This document shows, in pieces, positions 9,876-21,421 of a DNA stretch of 64,000 bases (positions are counted from its first letter, which is position 1; the number at the start of each line of letters is the position of its first letter). Source of the DNA: an uncultured candidate division Zixibacteria bacterium (lineage in GTDB: Bacteria > Zixibacteria > MSB-5A5 > UBA10806); NCBI GenBank assembly GCA_963817915.1, contig CAWFQL010000003.1:104129-168128 (forward strand), given 5' to 3'. The translations under genes were made by a program, and so were the position numbers. The notes under the pieces are model-generated. The model had not been told where the DNA came from, did no database searches, and saw only the letters and a program-made list of their open reading frames with translations.

Positions 9876-10649
9876 TTATAAGATTGCCCGAAGTTTCAAG
9901 ACGTCCTTTTCTTTGCAGGAATCCATGCATTCGAGGCAATTGGTGCAATCCTTGTGTCTTATGACCTGGTGTTGATGAACTGGAATATCGTGAATGCAAG
10001 CTTGAGAGCATTTCCCGCATGATGTACAACTGGAATTGTCTCGCGTGATTTTTACCAGTCCGAGCCTGCTGAAGGGATCGAATATCGCTCCCATGGGGCA
10101 GAGATAACGGCAAAATGCCATCGGGATAACAAAAACCCCGACCACAATAACGCCCGTGACTAAAATTGAAATCAATCCGGCGCTGCCGTGTCCAAAGCCG
10201 GAGAATATCAGGTAAAAGGGATCGTATCCCCGCAAGACCAATTCGCCTGTCTTGTAAGTAAAATATAGCGCGAATATCAGAACAGGATAACGGATGAATT
10301 TCAGAGCGGAATCGATTTTGCGATTTATCCGGGGCCGCTTTTTCCAGGTGACTCCACCCAGCCTTCCAAGCAATTCGCTCAAAAACCCAATCGGACAAGC
10401 CCAGCCGCAAAATGATTTTTTGACAATCAAAACAAGCGCGAGCATTGCCAGCATCAGCGAAAGATTGAGAGGTCCGAGGGCGCAGGAAAATTCACCAGCC
10501 TTAATGAGTCCCCAAAGGCTTTCCGCTCCCCCGAAGGGACAGTAATCCTCAAAGGATCGGCTTCCAAAGCCCAGCGCCAAATAGATAACTATCCCTAATA
10601 TCAATGTCATTAAGGTGTAGCGAATGTATCTGCTCTTGATCGAAGTCAT
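9876..10649 (-). CDS. NapH/MauN/YccM-like 4Fe-4S binding membrane protein
   Basis: YCPFGG, FCGWACPIG, FCRYLCPMG, then two ferredoxin motifs CTSCGKCSQAC and CTNCLECMDSC. Confidence 0.9.
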   Translation of the reverse strand: MTSIKSRYIRYTLMTLILGIVIYLALGFGSRSFEDYCPFGGAESLWGLIKAGEFSCALGPLNLSLMLAMLALVLIVKKSFCGWACPIGFLSELLGRLGGVTWKKRPRINRKIDSALKFIRYPVLIFALYFTYKTGELVLRGYDPFYLIFSGFGHGSAGLISILVTGVIVVGVFVIPMAFCRYLCPMGAIFDPFSRLGLVKITRDNSSCTSCGKCSQACIHDIPVHQHQVIRHKDCTNCLECMDSCKEKDVLKLRAIL

Positions 10650-10832
10650 CAAATTATCCCCTTATTAAGTTGCCGGCCTCCGCACCTTTTTGAATTCCGC
10701 AAAGCGGAAAATTATTTCAACGTATATGTGTTATGGATGTTCCATAAGGGTGGAAAATAATACTATCAATTCCCACCCGACAGCAGGGTAGCTTGGTGAA
10801 GTTAGATTTTTCGCGACGCGAAGAAATCGAAT

Positions 10833-12218
10833 CTACAAATTCTGCCCGATATGCCTCTTGATGAATTTCCCGTGGCCAATTTCGCCGACGAATTTGCCCT
10901 TTTGAGCCACTATTTTCCCGCGGCTGATAGTCGTATCGGGGTAGCCGGTCAGCTTGAAATTCTCGAATGGCGACCAGTCGCAATTGGTCTGCAGATTCTT
11001 ATGAGACAATGTCACTTTTCTCAGCGGATCGAAAATCACCAGATCAGCATCGGAGCCGACTGCGATCGTGCCTTTCTCAGGGTATAGTCCCATCAGCTTG
11101 GCGGGATTGGTGCAGAGATTTTTCACAAGCTGTGATTCAGTGATCCGTTTCTTGCCAACTCCATAGCTGTACATCAACGGTAGCAACGTTTCCACACCAG
11201 GCAGTCCGAATGGGATTTTCGTGAAATCACCCTGCCACATTGCCTTTTGCTTGGTCGTAAACGTGCAGGTATCGGTCGCGATAGTCGAAATATCACCATC
11301 GGCAATCGCCTGCCATAATCTATCGGAATCTACTTTTTTCTTAATCTGCGGGCAGGTCGCGTAGAGATGGCCGTTCGGTTTTTTGAAAACTGAATTGTCT
11401 AAAAGCAGATACTGCGGGCAGGTCTCGGCATAGACATTCAGGCCGCGCGCCTTGGCCTTTTTGATAATCTCAGCGCCTTCGGCCGTTGACATATGTACGA
11501 TATACAATTTGCCATTAGTCGCTTCGGCCCAGGTAACCGCGCGCTGGATTGCCTCGGCCTCGACATAATTAGGCCTTGAAAGCACATGGGCATAGGCGCC
11601 ATGTTTTTTCATATCTTTCGGATTATGGAAACGGTTGATCAGCAAATCCAAAACCCTGACCGATTCAGCATGCACTCCGACCATTCCGCCGAAAGAGCCC
11701 GTCTCCTCCAATGCGTCAAAAAGCGCGTCGTCGTCGCTGATCATCCCTTCCTTGGCGTAAATCATAAACATCTTGAATGTGGTAAAACCATCGGCGGCGA
11801 GCTTCTTTAATTCGCCTTTGGTTTTGTCATTCCAGTCTGTTGGCACGGCATGCAATGAATAATCGATAGCGACTTTGCCATCAGCTTCGGCCATTCTGGA
11901 ATCGACTGCCTCTCTGATAGTCTTGCCTTTTTTCTGAATGGCGAAATCGATAACGGTAGTTACTCCGCCGCAGGCTGCCGCCTTAGTGCCGTTCTCGAAA
12001 TCGTCCGCAGACACTGTTCCGCAAAATGGCAACTGCAAGTGGACATGAACATCGATCGCGCCCGGGAAGATGACCATTCCTTTGGCGTCGATTGTCTTCT
12101 TAGCATCGCCGGGAAGCGACTGCGCTATGGCCTTGATTCTCCCTTTTTCGATACCGATATCGGCTCTGTAGCTTCCCTCGGTCGTGACAATTTTTCCGCC
12201 GGTAATTTTTAGATCCAT
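10833..12218 (-). CDS. hydA: Dihydropyrimidinase
   Basis: PGAIDVHVH, FKMF, VHAE, YIVHMS, ETCPQYL, FTKIP.G.PGVE; GGAGG RBS before MDLKI; operon context. Confidence 0.93.
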   Translation of the reverse strand: MDLKITGGKIVTTEGSYRADIGIEKGRIKAIAQSLPGDAKKTIDAKGMVIFPGAIDVHVHLQLPFCGTVSADDFENGTKAAACGGVTTVIDFAIQKKGKTIREAVDSRMAEADGKVAIDYSLHAVPTDWNDKTKGELKKLAADGFTTFKMFMIYAKEGMISDDDALFDALEETGSFGGMVGVHAESVRVLDLLINRFHNPKDMKKHGAYAHVLSRPNYVEAEAIQRAVTWAEATNGKLYIVHMSTAEGAEIIKKAKARGLNVYAETCPQYLLLDNSVFKKPNGHLYATCPQIKKKVDSDRLWQAIADGDISTIATDTCTFTTKQKAMWQGDFTKIPFGLPGVETLLPLMYSYGVGKKRITESQLVKNLCTNPAKLMGLYPEKGTIAVGSDADLVIFDPLRKVTLSHKNLQTNCDWSPFENFKLTGYPDTTISRGKIVAQKGKFVGEIGHGKFIKRHIGQNL

Positions 12219-12243
12219 TGTTCCTCCATTGGTCAAATTGCTA

Positions 12244-13471
12244 TTATGCCGCCACTAACGAAACACAGTCCCAAACAGGGCATACCTGAACACAAAGCGA
12301 GCATCCTGTGCATTTCTGCTTGTCGACTTTCGGAATCCTGTCCGCGCCGGATGATATCGCCTGATAGCCGGCGTCGCGGCAAGAGACCACGCAGCGATCG
12401 CATTTTACGCAGGCTGATTCGTTGATCGATGAGACCAATCGCTTTTTTCGTTCGAGCCCTATATGGTCGGTTAGTTTCGGCAATGATTTTCCAACAAAAT
12501 CCTTTATCGTTCCGAAGTCATGGTCTTCCATGAATCCGGAAAGCCCTTCTTTCAATTCATCGATAATCCCGAAACCGCGAAACATGACCGCCGTGCAGAT
12601 TTGTAACGACGATGCTCCCAGCAGAATAAATTCCGCGGCATCGCTCCAGGTCTCGATTCCCGCCGATACCCGAAATAGGTACATGCAATTCCGAGGCTAT
12701 ATTAGCCACCGCCTTCAACGCGATCGGCTTGATGGCCGGACCGGAATATCCGCCGTGAGTACTCTTGCCGAAGACATTCGGGTAGGGAGTCAATGTTTCC
12801 AAATCGATACCCGTGATAACGGCTACAGTATTAATCGCCGAAATTGCATCGGCGCCGCCATCGACAGCCGCGCGAGCCGGGACTCGGATATCGGTTATAT
12901 TGGGTGTCATCTTGGCAATCACCGGAATCGTGCAGGCCTGCTTTACCCATGATGTCGCCGTCTTGACGATTTCCGGATTCTGTCCGATAGCGGCCCCCAT
13001 CCCTTTTTCGGGCATTCCATGGGGACATGAGAAATTGAGCTCCAGCATATCTGCTCCAGCCGCCTGGCACATCCTAGCCAACTCCTGCCAGCCGGTCTTG
13101 TCTTTGCCGCCCGCCATGATACTGGCGATTAGCAGATGCTTGGGATAGCTTTTCTTGATATCCTCGATCTCTTTCAGCCAGATATTCAACGGCCTATCGG
13201 TTATCAATTCGATATTTTGAAGGCCATACAGCTTTTTGGCCTCATCGCTTTTTCCGGGGAACGACAGCGATGCCAGCCGCGGAGTGACATTGGCCATGAG
13301 ATCGCGGTCATGCCCCAATGTCTTAGTGACCGCCCCGCCCCATCCGGCCTCGAACGCTCTTTTGATCATCTCGCCCGTTCCGGTCGGCGGCGCGGATGAT
13401 AGCATGAACGGGTTCATCATTTCGAAGCCGCAGAAATTGGTTTTGAGATCTATCTTTTTTGCGATTCTCAT
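12244..13471 (-). CDS. preA: NAD-dependent dihydropyrimidine dehydrogenase subunit PreA (apparent +1 frameshift near 12660)
   Basis: NPFMLSSAPP, NIELI, ELNFSCPHG, KMTPN, GGYSGPAIKP; C-terminal two 4Fe-4S motifs lie in ORF 12244..12684; removing one G restores GIGGIETW. Confidence 0.9.
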
Positions 13472-14797
13472 GTCGATCCTCCCTTGCCGGATCCTTGTGT
13501 TGTCCGATTTTTCAGGTATTCGTCTATTCCATGAGCCGCGCGTCTTCCCTCGGCCACAGCCTGAACCGCCGTCGCCCCGCCATTGACCGCATCGCCTCCC
13601 GCGTAAATGCCCGGCATGGATGTCGCGCCTGTTTCTTTATCTATAACAACCAGGCCGCGTGAATCTGTTTTTATTTTATCGATTTCTTTAAATGTCGCTC
13701 CCTGGCCTATTGCCAGAAGAACATCATCCACCATTATTTCCTCGTCGGAGCCATCTATAATGACAGGTATAGGACGGCCTGATTTGTCGGGTTCGCCCGG
13801 TTTGGTCTTTTTGAATATCGCCTTGATTTCGCCGTCATGTATCTGGAATTTCGAGGGTGCATAATTGAATTTAAAAATCACGCCGGATTTTTTCGCCGAA
13901 TCAATTTCCGATTTGAATGCCGGCATATCCGTCTCGCCGCGCCTGTAATAAATCCTTACATTCACTCCGGAAATTCGTGCGCTTTGGGCGGCATCGATAG
14001 CGGTATTGCCTCCGCCGATGACGATCACATTTTTGCCAAGAGTAATTACAGGCGGCTTATCGTGCAATTCCGCGATCCTGCGATCCTTGAGAAATGTAAC
14101 CGCTTGATAAATATGTTCGAGATGAGCGCCTTCGATATCAAGATCAATAGGCTTGTATGCTCCAACTCCGATAAATATGGCATCATGTTTTGCTTGAATT
14201 TCGGCCAGGCTATTTATTTTGGAATTCGTGATAATCTTGGCTCCCATGGCCTTTATATATTCGATTTCATCGTTGACAATTTCTCGATTGAGGCGATATG
14301 ATGGTATCCCGTATGTCAAAATCCCTCCCGGCAGATCTTCAGCTTCGTGGATTTCAACATTATATCCCAGACGGCACAACTCGAATGCCGCCGCAAGCCC
14401 CGCCGGGCCCGAGCCGATTACTCCGACTGACATTCCGTTAGGCTCATCCGCTGACAGCAGGCTCATGCCTTGTTGCCTGTCATATTCGGCAACAAATCTC
14501 TGCAATGCCCCAATCTCGATCGGCTTTCTGCATTTTGGTGGTGCAGCGAAATTCGCAAAGCTCGCCGACCGGGCAAATCAAGGCGCATGTTCCGGCCAGG
14601 ACATTATATTCGCGGACAGTCTTTATCGCCCCGCGAAAATTTCGCTGGGCTATCTGACGAATGAATTTAACTATATCATTCGATGCCGGACAGCCATCGC
14701 GGCAGGGTGCGTCATTGCACGATAGACAACGCGAAGCCTCGGCCACCGCCTCCTGAGGAGTCAGGAGCGGAGGATGATGATCATTCTCAGATGCCAT
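13468..14797 (-). CDS. preT: Dihydropyrimidine dehydrogenase subunit PreT, GltD-like (apparent +1 frameshift near 14526)
   Basis: EASRCLSC..APC..GCP and CALICP...CE..C, then GSGPAG, GGGNTAID, YRR, YAGGD; removing one A gives KPIEIGALQRF. Confidence 0.88.
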
Positions 14798-14809
14798 TTC
14801 AGCCTTGTA

Positions 14810-16090
14810 TTATGCGACCTTTTTAAATACCGAATCGAGAATCGCCAACGCCTTATCAATATCGCCGGTTTCGATATTGAGCGGGGGAGTGATTCTAAGG
14901 ACATTGCCGTATAATCCGCCCTTGCCGATTAAAAGTCCGGCTTCTTTCGTCAATTCGAATATCTTCACGACTGTATCGGAGTCGGGTATCTTCTTATCGC
15001 CGACAATCTCGACACCGATCATCAGTCCCATCCCGCGAACATCGCCGATCTTCTTATATTTCTTTTGCATTTGACGAAGCGCGCCGAAGAAATAATCACC
15101 ATTCTTGGCAACACGGTCGAGAAGCTTCTCATTCTCCACAACCTCGATTGTCGCCAGCGCCGCTGTGCAAGAAACCGGATTTCCGCCGAATGTCGAAATC
15201 GAAAGGCCGGTCATCGAAGCCGCCACTTCCGGCGTGGCAATTGTCCCGCCGATCGGGAAACCGTTGGCCATACCCTTGGCGAATGTCATTATCTCCGGCT
15301 CTACACCCCAATGCTCTATACCGAACATCTTGCCGCCGGTCCGTCCAAAGCCTGTTTGTACTTCATCGCAAATAAAGACGCCGCCGTATTTTCGAATTAT
15401 ATCGACAGCGACTTTGAAATATTCTTTCGGGGGGGTAATAAATCCGCCGACACCCTGTATCGGTTCAGCTATAAATCCGGCAATTTTACCGGATGTGGTT
15501 GTCTGAATCATTTCCTCTAAATCGTGGGCGCAGGCCAGATCGCAAGCCGGGTATTCGAGATGGAATGGACATCGATAGCAATACGGATTATGAAGGTGCT
15601 TGATGCCGGGCACGGTGCTTCCCACCTGACGCCATTTGCTATGCGCTGTCAAATTCTGCGCCAGCACCGAACGGCCGCTATAAGCGTGACGAAGCGCGAT
15701 TATCTCATCGCAACCGGTGAATTTTTTGGCCGCCAGGACACCTGTTTCATCGGCTTCGGTGCCGGAATTGGTGAAGAAGCTCTGTTTTAATTTGCCGGGT
15801 GTTATCTGCGCAAGTTTCTCCGCCAGCTGAACCTGCGGAATTGTCTGATATAATGTCGATGTATGCTGAAGCTTGCCTATCTGCTCGGTTACTTTGGAAT
15901 TCACATGCGGATTCGAATGCCCCAGCATGGTTGTCAATATTCCGCAAAAGAAATCGAGATATTCTTTGCCGTCGTTATCGTACACATATTGATTCTTTCC
16001 CGATTTCGCTATTATGGGCTCGGCGTAGTAATTGGCCACACAGGGCATCAGGAATTCTTTATTTTTCTTTCTAATTTCAGAGGAATCCAT
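14810..16090 (-). CDS. Class III PLP aminotransferase, probable beta-alanine aminotransferase (PydD/AGXT2-like)
   Basis: NSGTEA, AEPIQGVGG, DEVQTGFGRTG, TFAKG, STFGGNP; located inside the pyrimidine operon. Confidence 0.88.
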   Translation of the reverse strand: MDSSEIRKKNKEFLMPCVANYYAEPIIAKSGKNQYVYDNDGKEYLDFFCGILTTMLGHSNPHVNSKVTEQIGKLQHTSTLYQTIPQVQLAEKLAQITPGKLKQSFFTNSGTEADETGVLAAKKFTGCDEIIALRHAYSGRSVLAQNLTAHSKWRQVGSTVPGIKHLHNPYCYRCPFHLEYPACDLACAHDLEEMIQTTTSGKIAGFIAEPIQGVGGFITPPKEYFKVAVDIIRKYGGVFICDEVQTGFGRTGGKMFGIEHWGVEPEIMTFAKGMANGFPIGGTIATPEVAASMTGLSISTFGGNPVSCTAALATIEVVENEKLLDRVAKNGDYFFGALRQMQKKYKKIGDVRGMGLMIGVEIVGDKKIPDSDTVVKIFELTKEAGLLIGKGGLYGNVLRITPPLNIETGDIDKALAILDSVFKKVA

Positions 16091-16117
16091 AAGATCATGC
16101 TCCAATCTATGTTGTCA

Positions 16118-16996
16118 TTACGGCAATAGCCGTTCCAAATCACCATAAGTTTCCGGTCTGCGGTCACGGTAGAATTGCCAGACATTGCGGACTTCCAATA
16201 TCAAATCGAAATCGATTTCGGCGACTACGACTTCATCGGTATCTCGCTTGGCCTGCGCGATTATCTTGCCGCGCGGATCGCAGAAATAGCTTTTGCCGTA
16301 GAATTCGCCGATATTCCAGGGCATCTCACGACCGACACGATTAATCGCTCCGATAAAATACCCGTTGGCAACGGCATGCGCCGGTTGTTCGAGTTCCCAT
16401 AAATATTCCGAAAGCCCGGCGACTGTCGCCGATGGATTGAATACAATTTCCGCGCCATTCATTCCGAGTATACGCGCGCCTTCCGGGAAATGACGATCAT
16501 AGCAGATATAAACTCCGACCATTCCGTATTGAGTCTTGAAAACAGGATATCCCAGATTGCCGGGCTTGAAATAGAATTTTTCCCAGAATCCCGGCTGTAC
16601 ATGGGGTATATGATTCTTTCTGTATTTTCCGAGATATGTGCCATCGGCGTCGATGACTGCCGCGGTATTATAGTAGACGCCCGCCATGACACTCTCATAA
16701 ATCGGCACCACTATCACCATGCCATGCTTCTTGGCGACTTCCTGCATAAGCTTCGTTGTCGGGCCGTCGGGGATTGGTTCGGTCAGGGCGTACCATTTTG
16801 TGCTTTGCTCCGCCGCGAAATATGGGCCGTAGAAAAGCTCCTGCATGCAGAGGATTTTTACATTTTTGCTGGCCGCCTGCTCGATTAGCTTTAAATGTTT
16901 TTCTATAGCGTCTTTTTTAATTTTTTCAACCGGGTCATCGATTTTAAATGGAGGGTTTATAGACTGAATCAAACCACAGATTACTTTCCGTGCCAT
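16118..16996 (-). CDS. Beta-ureidopropionase (nitrilase family)
   Basis: Catalytic triad motifs QELF, YRKNHIP, ICYDRHFPE; FWEKFYF; operon context. Confidence 0.9.
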   Translation of the reverse strand: MARKVICGLIQSINPPFKIDDPVEKIKKDAIEKHLKLIEQAASKNVKILCMQELFYGPYFAAEQSTKWYALTEPIPDGPTTKLMQEVAKKHGMVIVVPIYESVMAGVYYNTAAVIDADGTYLGKYRKNHIPHVQPGFWEKFYFKPGNLGYPVFKTQYGMVGVYICYDRHFPEGARILGMNGAEIVFNPSATVAGLSEYLWELEQPAHAVANGYFIGAINRVGREMPWNIGEFYGKSYFCDPRGKIIAQAKRDTDEVVVAEIDFDLILEVRNVWQFYRDRRPETYGDLERLLP

Positions 16997-17016
16997 CGTG
17001 ATATACCCCTTTCTTA

Positions 17017-18479
17017 TTAAAACCAGCGAGAGATAATTACTCTCTTGTCTGTATAGAATTCGACTCCATCTCGTCCGTACGCTTTCAGGTCGCCGAAGAA
17101 TGATCTCTTGGTGCCGCCAAACATGAAGAACGCCATAGGCGCGGCAATACCGATATTGACTCCGATCATTGAAATCCCGGCCTCGTATTTGAATTTGCGG
17201 ACATCTTTGCCGCTCGATGTGAATATCGCGGTCGCGTTGCCATACTCATTTTCATTAATCAGCTTCAATGCTTCATCGATATTTTTGACCGGCATCAGGC
17301 ATGCCACCGGGCCAAATATCTCCTCGCGGGCGATTGTCATTTTGGTGGTAACATTGTCGAAAATTGTTGGGCCCACGAAATGTCCCTTGAGGTCGCCTTC
17401 AACTTTCGGCGTACGGCCATCGAGGACAAGATCCGCGCCCTCTTTGATTCCCTTTTCGATATATGAAAGAACTCGTTCTTTGTGCTTTTGCGAGATAACC
17501 GGACCTAAGCCGATTGATTCATCGAGGCCATTGCCGATCTTGAGCTTCTTTGCGGCTTCGGCCAGCTTCTTCTTGAATGGCTCATGCACATCGCCGACTG
17601 TCAATATGACGCTGGCGGCCAGGCATCGTTCGCCGGCGCAGCCGTAGATAGAATCTATCAATGTCGCCACCGTCTTATCGAGATCGCAATCGGGCATGAC
17701 AACCACGAAATTCTTGGCGCCGCCGAGAGCCTGGACTCGTTTGCCCTTGGCGGATGATTCGCGATAGACCGATTCGGCTATCTTCGATGAGCCCACGAAC
17801 GATATACCGACAACATCGGGATTGTTGATCAACGCTCTGGCGACTTCGCCATCGCCATTGACAAGATTAATCACTCCCGGCGGGAATTTGGCCTCATCGA
17901 TCAATTCGAATATTTTCTTCTGCGAAAGCGGTGTCTGTTCGGATGGTTTTACGACGAATGTATTTCCGCAAGCAACCGCCATTGGGAAAAACCATAACGG
18001 CACCATCGCTGGGAAATTGAATGGCGTTATACAGGCGAATACTCCCATCGGCTGACGGACTACATCGCAATCGATGCCGGGGGCGATATCTTCGAGATTG
18101 ACTCCCTGCATCTGGGTCGGTATTCCGCAGGCGGCTTCGACATTCTCGATACCGCGTCGTCACCGAGCCGCGCGATTCGGCTATGGCCTTGCCGTTTTCT
18201 TTTGTCAAGTATTCGGGAAATCTCCTCGAAATCCCGTTCGAGCAAATCTCTCAGTTTAAAGAGATACCGCGCCCTTACGACTGCGGGCGTCAGGCGCCAT
18301 TCCCTGAACGCTTTCTTGGCCGCCTTGACAGCGTCATCGACTTCGTCTTTGGTCGAAAATTTGACAATGCCTATCTTTTCGAGGGTAGCGGGATTTATAA
18401 TTTCCTGGTTATCGGATGGCGACGACTCTATCCATTTACCATTAATGTAATTTGAAGCAAAATTGAAATCAGGTTTCAT
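17017..18479 (-). CDS. mmsA: CoA-acylating (methyl)malonate-semialdehyde dehydrogenase (two apparent +1 frameshifts at about 18160-18210)
   Basis: GGAGG RBS; ITPFNFPAMVP, KPSE, FVGS, GGAKN, GERCLA, EEIFGP, GVNIG; split over three ORF-track frames. Confidence 0.9.
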
Positions 18480-18793
18480 TGGGCCTCCATGCGCCAGAGG
18501 GTGAATACTATAATTCAATGCAAAACGGATATTACGAAATAATATCCCCCAAACCAAATGATTTTTAAGAATTTAGCAATTATGCCCAATGAGAAATGTA
18601 ATTAGTCCGAATCCATCTTGCGAGATTAAATGACATGAAAATCTGACATGAAAACTATTGGAAAGTAGCTGTGCAATCGCCCAAAAGATAAGGAATTGCA
18701 ATAAAGGAAACAGCGCAAACCATTCAATTTGAGATGTTCTCTAACCTATCATAAAATCACCCTTTTACGAAGCCATTTTCCCCATCAAATCAG

Positions 18794-18822
18794 TTGAAAT
18801 TATTGCCGGTTTCATGTATAAT
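18794..18822 (+). promoter_or_regulatory. Sigma70 promoter of gyrA
   Basis: TTGAAA-17 nt-TATAAT about 90 nt upstream of the start codon. Confidence 0.7.
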
Positions 18823-18912
18823 ACTTTTTTATTTCTGGCGGTGTCTGGGATCTGAATAGGCAGCGCGTGGGAATTTATTTCTGTAATGTGCATGTAAGGA
18901 GAATAAAGATAA

Positions 18913-21367
18913 ATGCCACTCGAATCTGAGAAAATACTACCAGTCTATATCGAAGATGAAATGAAATCTTCCTATATCGACTACTCCATGTCGGTCATCA
19001 CCAACCGCGCTTTGCCTGATGTCCGCGATGGTTTGAAGCCGTCCAATCGGCGCATCATGGTCGCTATGAACGATCTCAATCTAGCGCCCAATCGTCCCCA
19101 CAGGAAATGCGCCAAGATCGCGGGCGATACGTCGGGCAACTACCATCCCCATGGCGAACAGGTTGTCTATCCGACATTGGTGAGAATGGCGCAGGATTTC
19201 AATATGCGCTACCTGCTGGTCGATGGCCAGGGCAACTTCGGCTCTATCGATGGTGACTCGGCGGCGGCGATGAGGTACACCGAGGCCCGTCTGACCCCGA
19301 TGTCGATGGAGATGATTACCGATCTCGAAAAAAATACCGTCAATATGATCCCCAACTACGACGAGACCCGCGAAGAGCCAACTGTACTACCGTCGAAATT
19401 CCCGAATCTGATTTGCAATGGCTCATCCGGTATCGCGGTCGGTATGGCGACCAATATCCCCCCCCATAATCTAACTGAGGCTGTCGAGGCGCTATGCGCG
19501 CTGATCGATACTCCCGAAATGTCTGTCATGGATGTCCTGAATTATATTAAGGGCCCGGATTTTCCGACCGGCGGATTGATTTTCGGTATTTCCGGTATGA
19601 AGCAAGGATATTTGACCGGCCGGGGTAGATTTTATGTCAGAGCCAGGGCCAATGTCGAGGTCCAGAAGAACGGCCGCGAAAGCATTATTGTCAGTGAAAT
19701 CCCATATCAGATCAATAAATCGAATCTTCTGGAAAAGATCGCCGAATTAGTGCGCGATAAGCGGCTTGAAGGTATTTCCGACCTGCGCGATGAATCCGAT
19801 CGCGACGGTATGAGGATCGTAATCGAGCTCAAGAAAGATATCCAGGCTGATATAGTTTTGAATCAGCTTTTCAAGCTTACCCAAATGCAAGCGACATTCG
19901 GAATGATTACCCTGGCGTTGGTCAAGGGTCAGCCGCGTGTTTTGAATATCAAAGAGCTTCTACAGAATTTCATAGACCATCGCCATGAAGTGGTCGAACG
20001 GCGCACCCGTTTCGATCTAGCCGAGGCCGAGAAGCGCGCTCATATACTCGAAGGTTACAAAATCGCATTAGATAATCTCGATGCCGTTATTGCTCTTATC
20101 AGAAAATCGAAAGACCCGGCCGAGGCCAAAGATTGGCCTTGTAACCAGATTCAAACTATCCGAAATCCAGGCCCAGGCGATTCTGGATCTCCGTTTGCAG
20201 AGACTAACCGGCCTCGAACGCGATAAGATTATCGAAGAATACGAAGCCACCATAAAGTTAATCGCCGAGCTCAATGAGATACTAGCGTCCAAACAGCGCC
20301 GTATGCAGATTATCAAAGACGAACTCAATGATATGAAAGAAAAATTCGGCGATGCCCGCCGTTCGGTGATAATTGAAGAAGATATCGATGATGATTTCAC
20401 AATTGAAGATTTAATCGCCGAAGAGGATATGATAGTCACGATCTCCCATGCGGGGTATATCAAACGGCTTTCAATATCTGCTTACAAGAAGCAATCGCGC
20501 GGCACCAAGGGCGTTATCGGCATGGAAACAAAGGAAGAGGATTTCGTGGAGCATATGTTTGTGGCATCCACTCATAACTATATCCTTTTCTTCACTCGCC
20601 GCGGCAAATGCTACTGGTTGAAAGTCCACGAGATTCCACAGGGCGGAAGGCTCGCCAAGGGAAAAGCGATTATCAATTTAATAGGCATTGATAAGGATGA
20701 CACTATTACCGCCTTCGTGCCAGTCAAAAATTTCGAAGCCGGCGGATTTATAACGCTGGCCACTCAAACCGGACAGATCAAGAAGACCGAGCTTTCCGCA
20801 TTCTCCAACCCCCGCCGCGATGGCATTATCGCGGTCACACTGCCCGAAGACGATTTCTTGATCGGCGCGGAGCTTTCCGATGGCAATTGCGATATAATCC
20901 TGGCCACTCGCCGGGGACAGGCGATAAGATTCCCCGAAAACACTGTCCGGGCCATGGGCCGAACCGCTTACGGAGTTCGAGGCATAACTCTCGAAGAAGG
21001 CGACTATGCTATCGGTATGGTTGTTGTCAAGAGGGAGTCAACCTTGCTGACAGTCTGCGAAAATGGCCACGGGAAAAGATCCGATATCGCCGATTACCGA
21101 ATAACCAATAGAGGCGGCAAAGGGGTTATCAATATCAGAGTGTCCGAGCGAAATGGTGAAGTAGTCGCTGTCAAAGAAGTTGTCGATGACGACGAGCTTC
21201 TCTTAATCACCCAACGAGGCATAGTCAATCGTCTTGCGATCAGTTCGATCCGTTCCATAAGCAGGGCAACCCAGGGAGTCCGCCTGATGGGCCTCGATTC
21301 CGGCGATAAGGTAATCGATGTTGCCCGTGTACCGGCCGGCGAGAAATTGGGCGATAACGGCGAATAA
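18913..21367 (+). CDS. gyrA: DNA gyrase subunit A (apparent +1 frameshift near 20129)
   Basis: [33 protein letters not shown], GyrA-box variant QSRGTKG, pinwheel repeats; one extra A in GCCAAAGATT. Confidence 0.95.
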
Positions 21368-21387
21368 ATTTAGATTTATATGAATAT

Positions 21388-21419
21388 TAGCCCCGTTCAC
21401 TATTGAGCGGGGCTTTTTT
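21388..21419 (+). terminator. Intrinsic terminator of gyrA
   Basis: AGCCCCGTTCA-ctat-TGAGCGGGGCT followed by a T run. Confidence 0.85.
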
Positions 21420-21421
21420 GT

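Noticed and set aside
9505..10410. 301-aa ORF as a single gene
   Set aside because: Its first two-thirds are an alternative frame of the Fe-S membrane gene and the HMA-like gene start; only the last ~97 codons are real.
9505..10649. Selenocysteine recoding in the Fe-S/HMA module
   Set aside because: The Cys motifs use ordinary Cys codons and there is no in-frame TGA at a motif position.
20081..20226. Programmed frameshifting or true pseudogenisation of gyrA and the other split genes
   Set aside because: No common slippery motif or stimulator at the breaks, many unrelated genes are affected, and motifs are otherwise intact; sequencing error is simpler.
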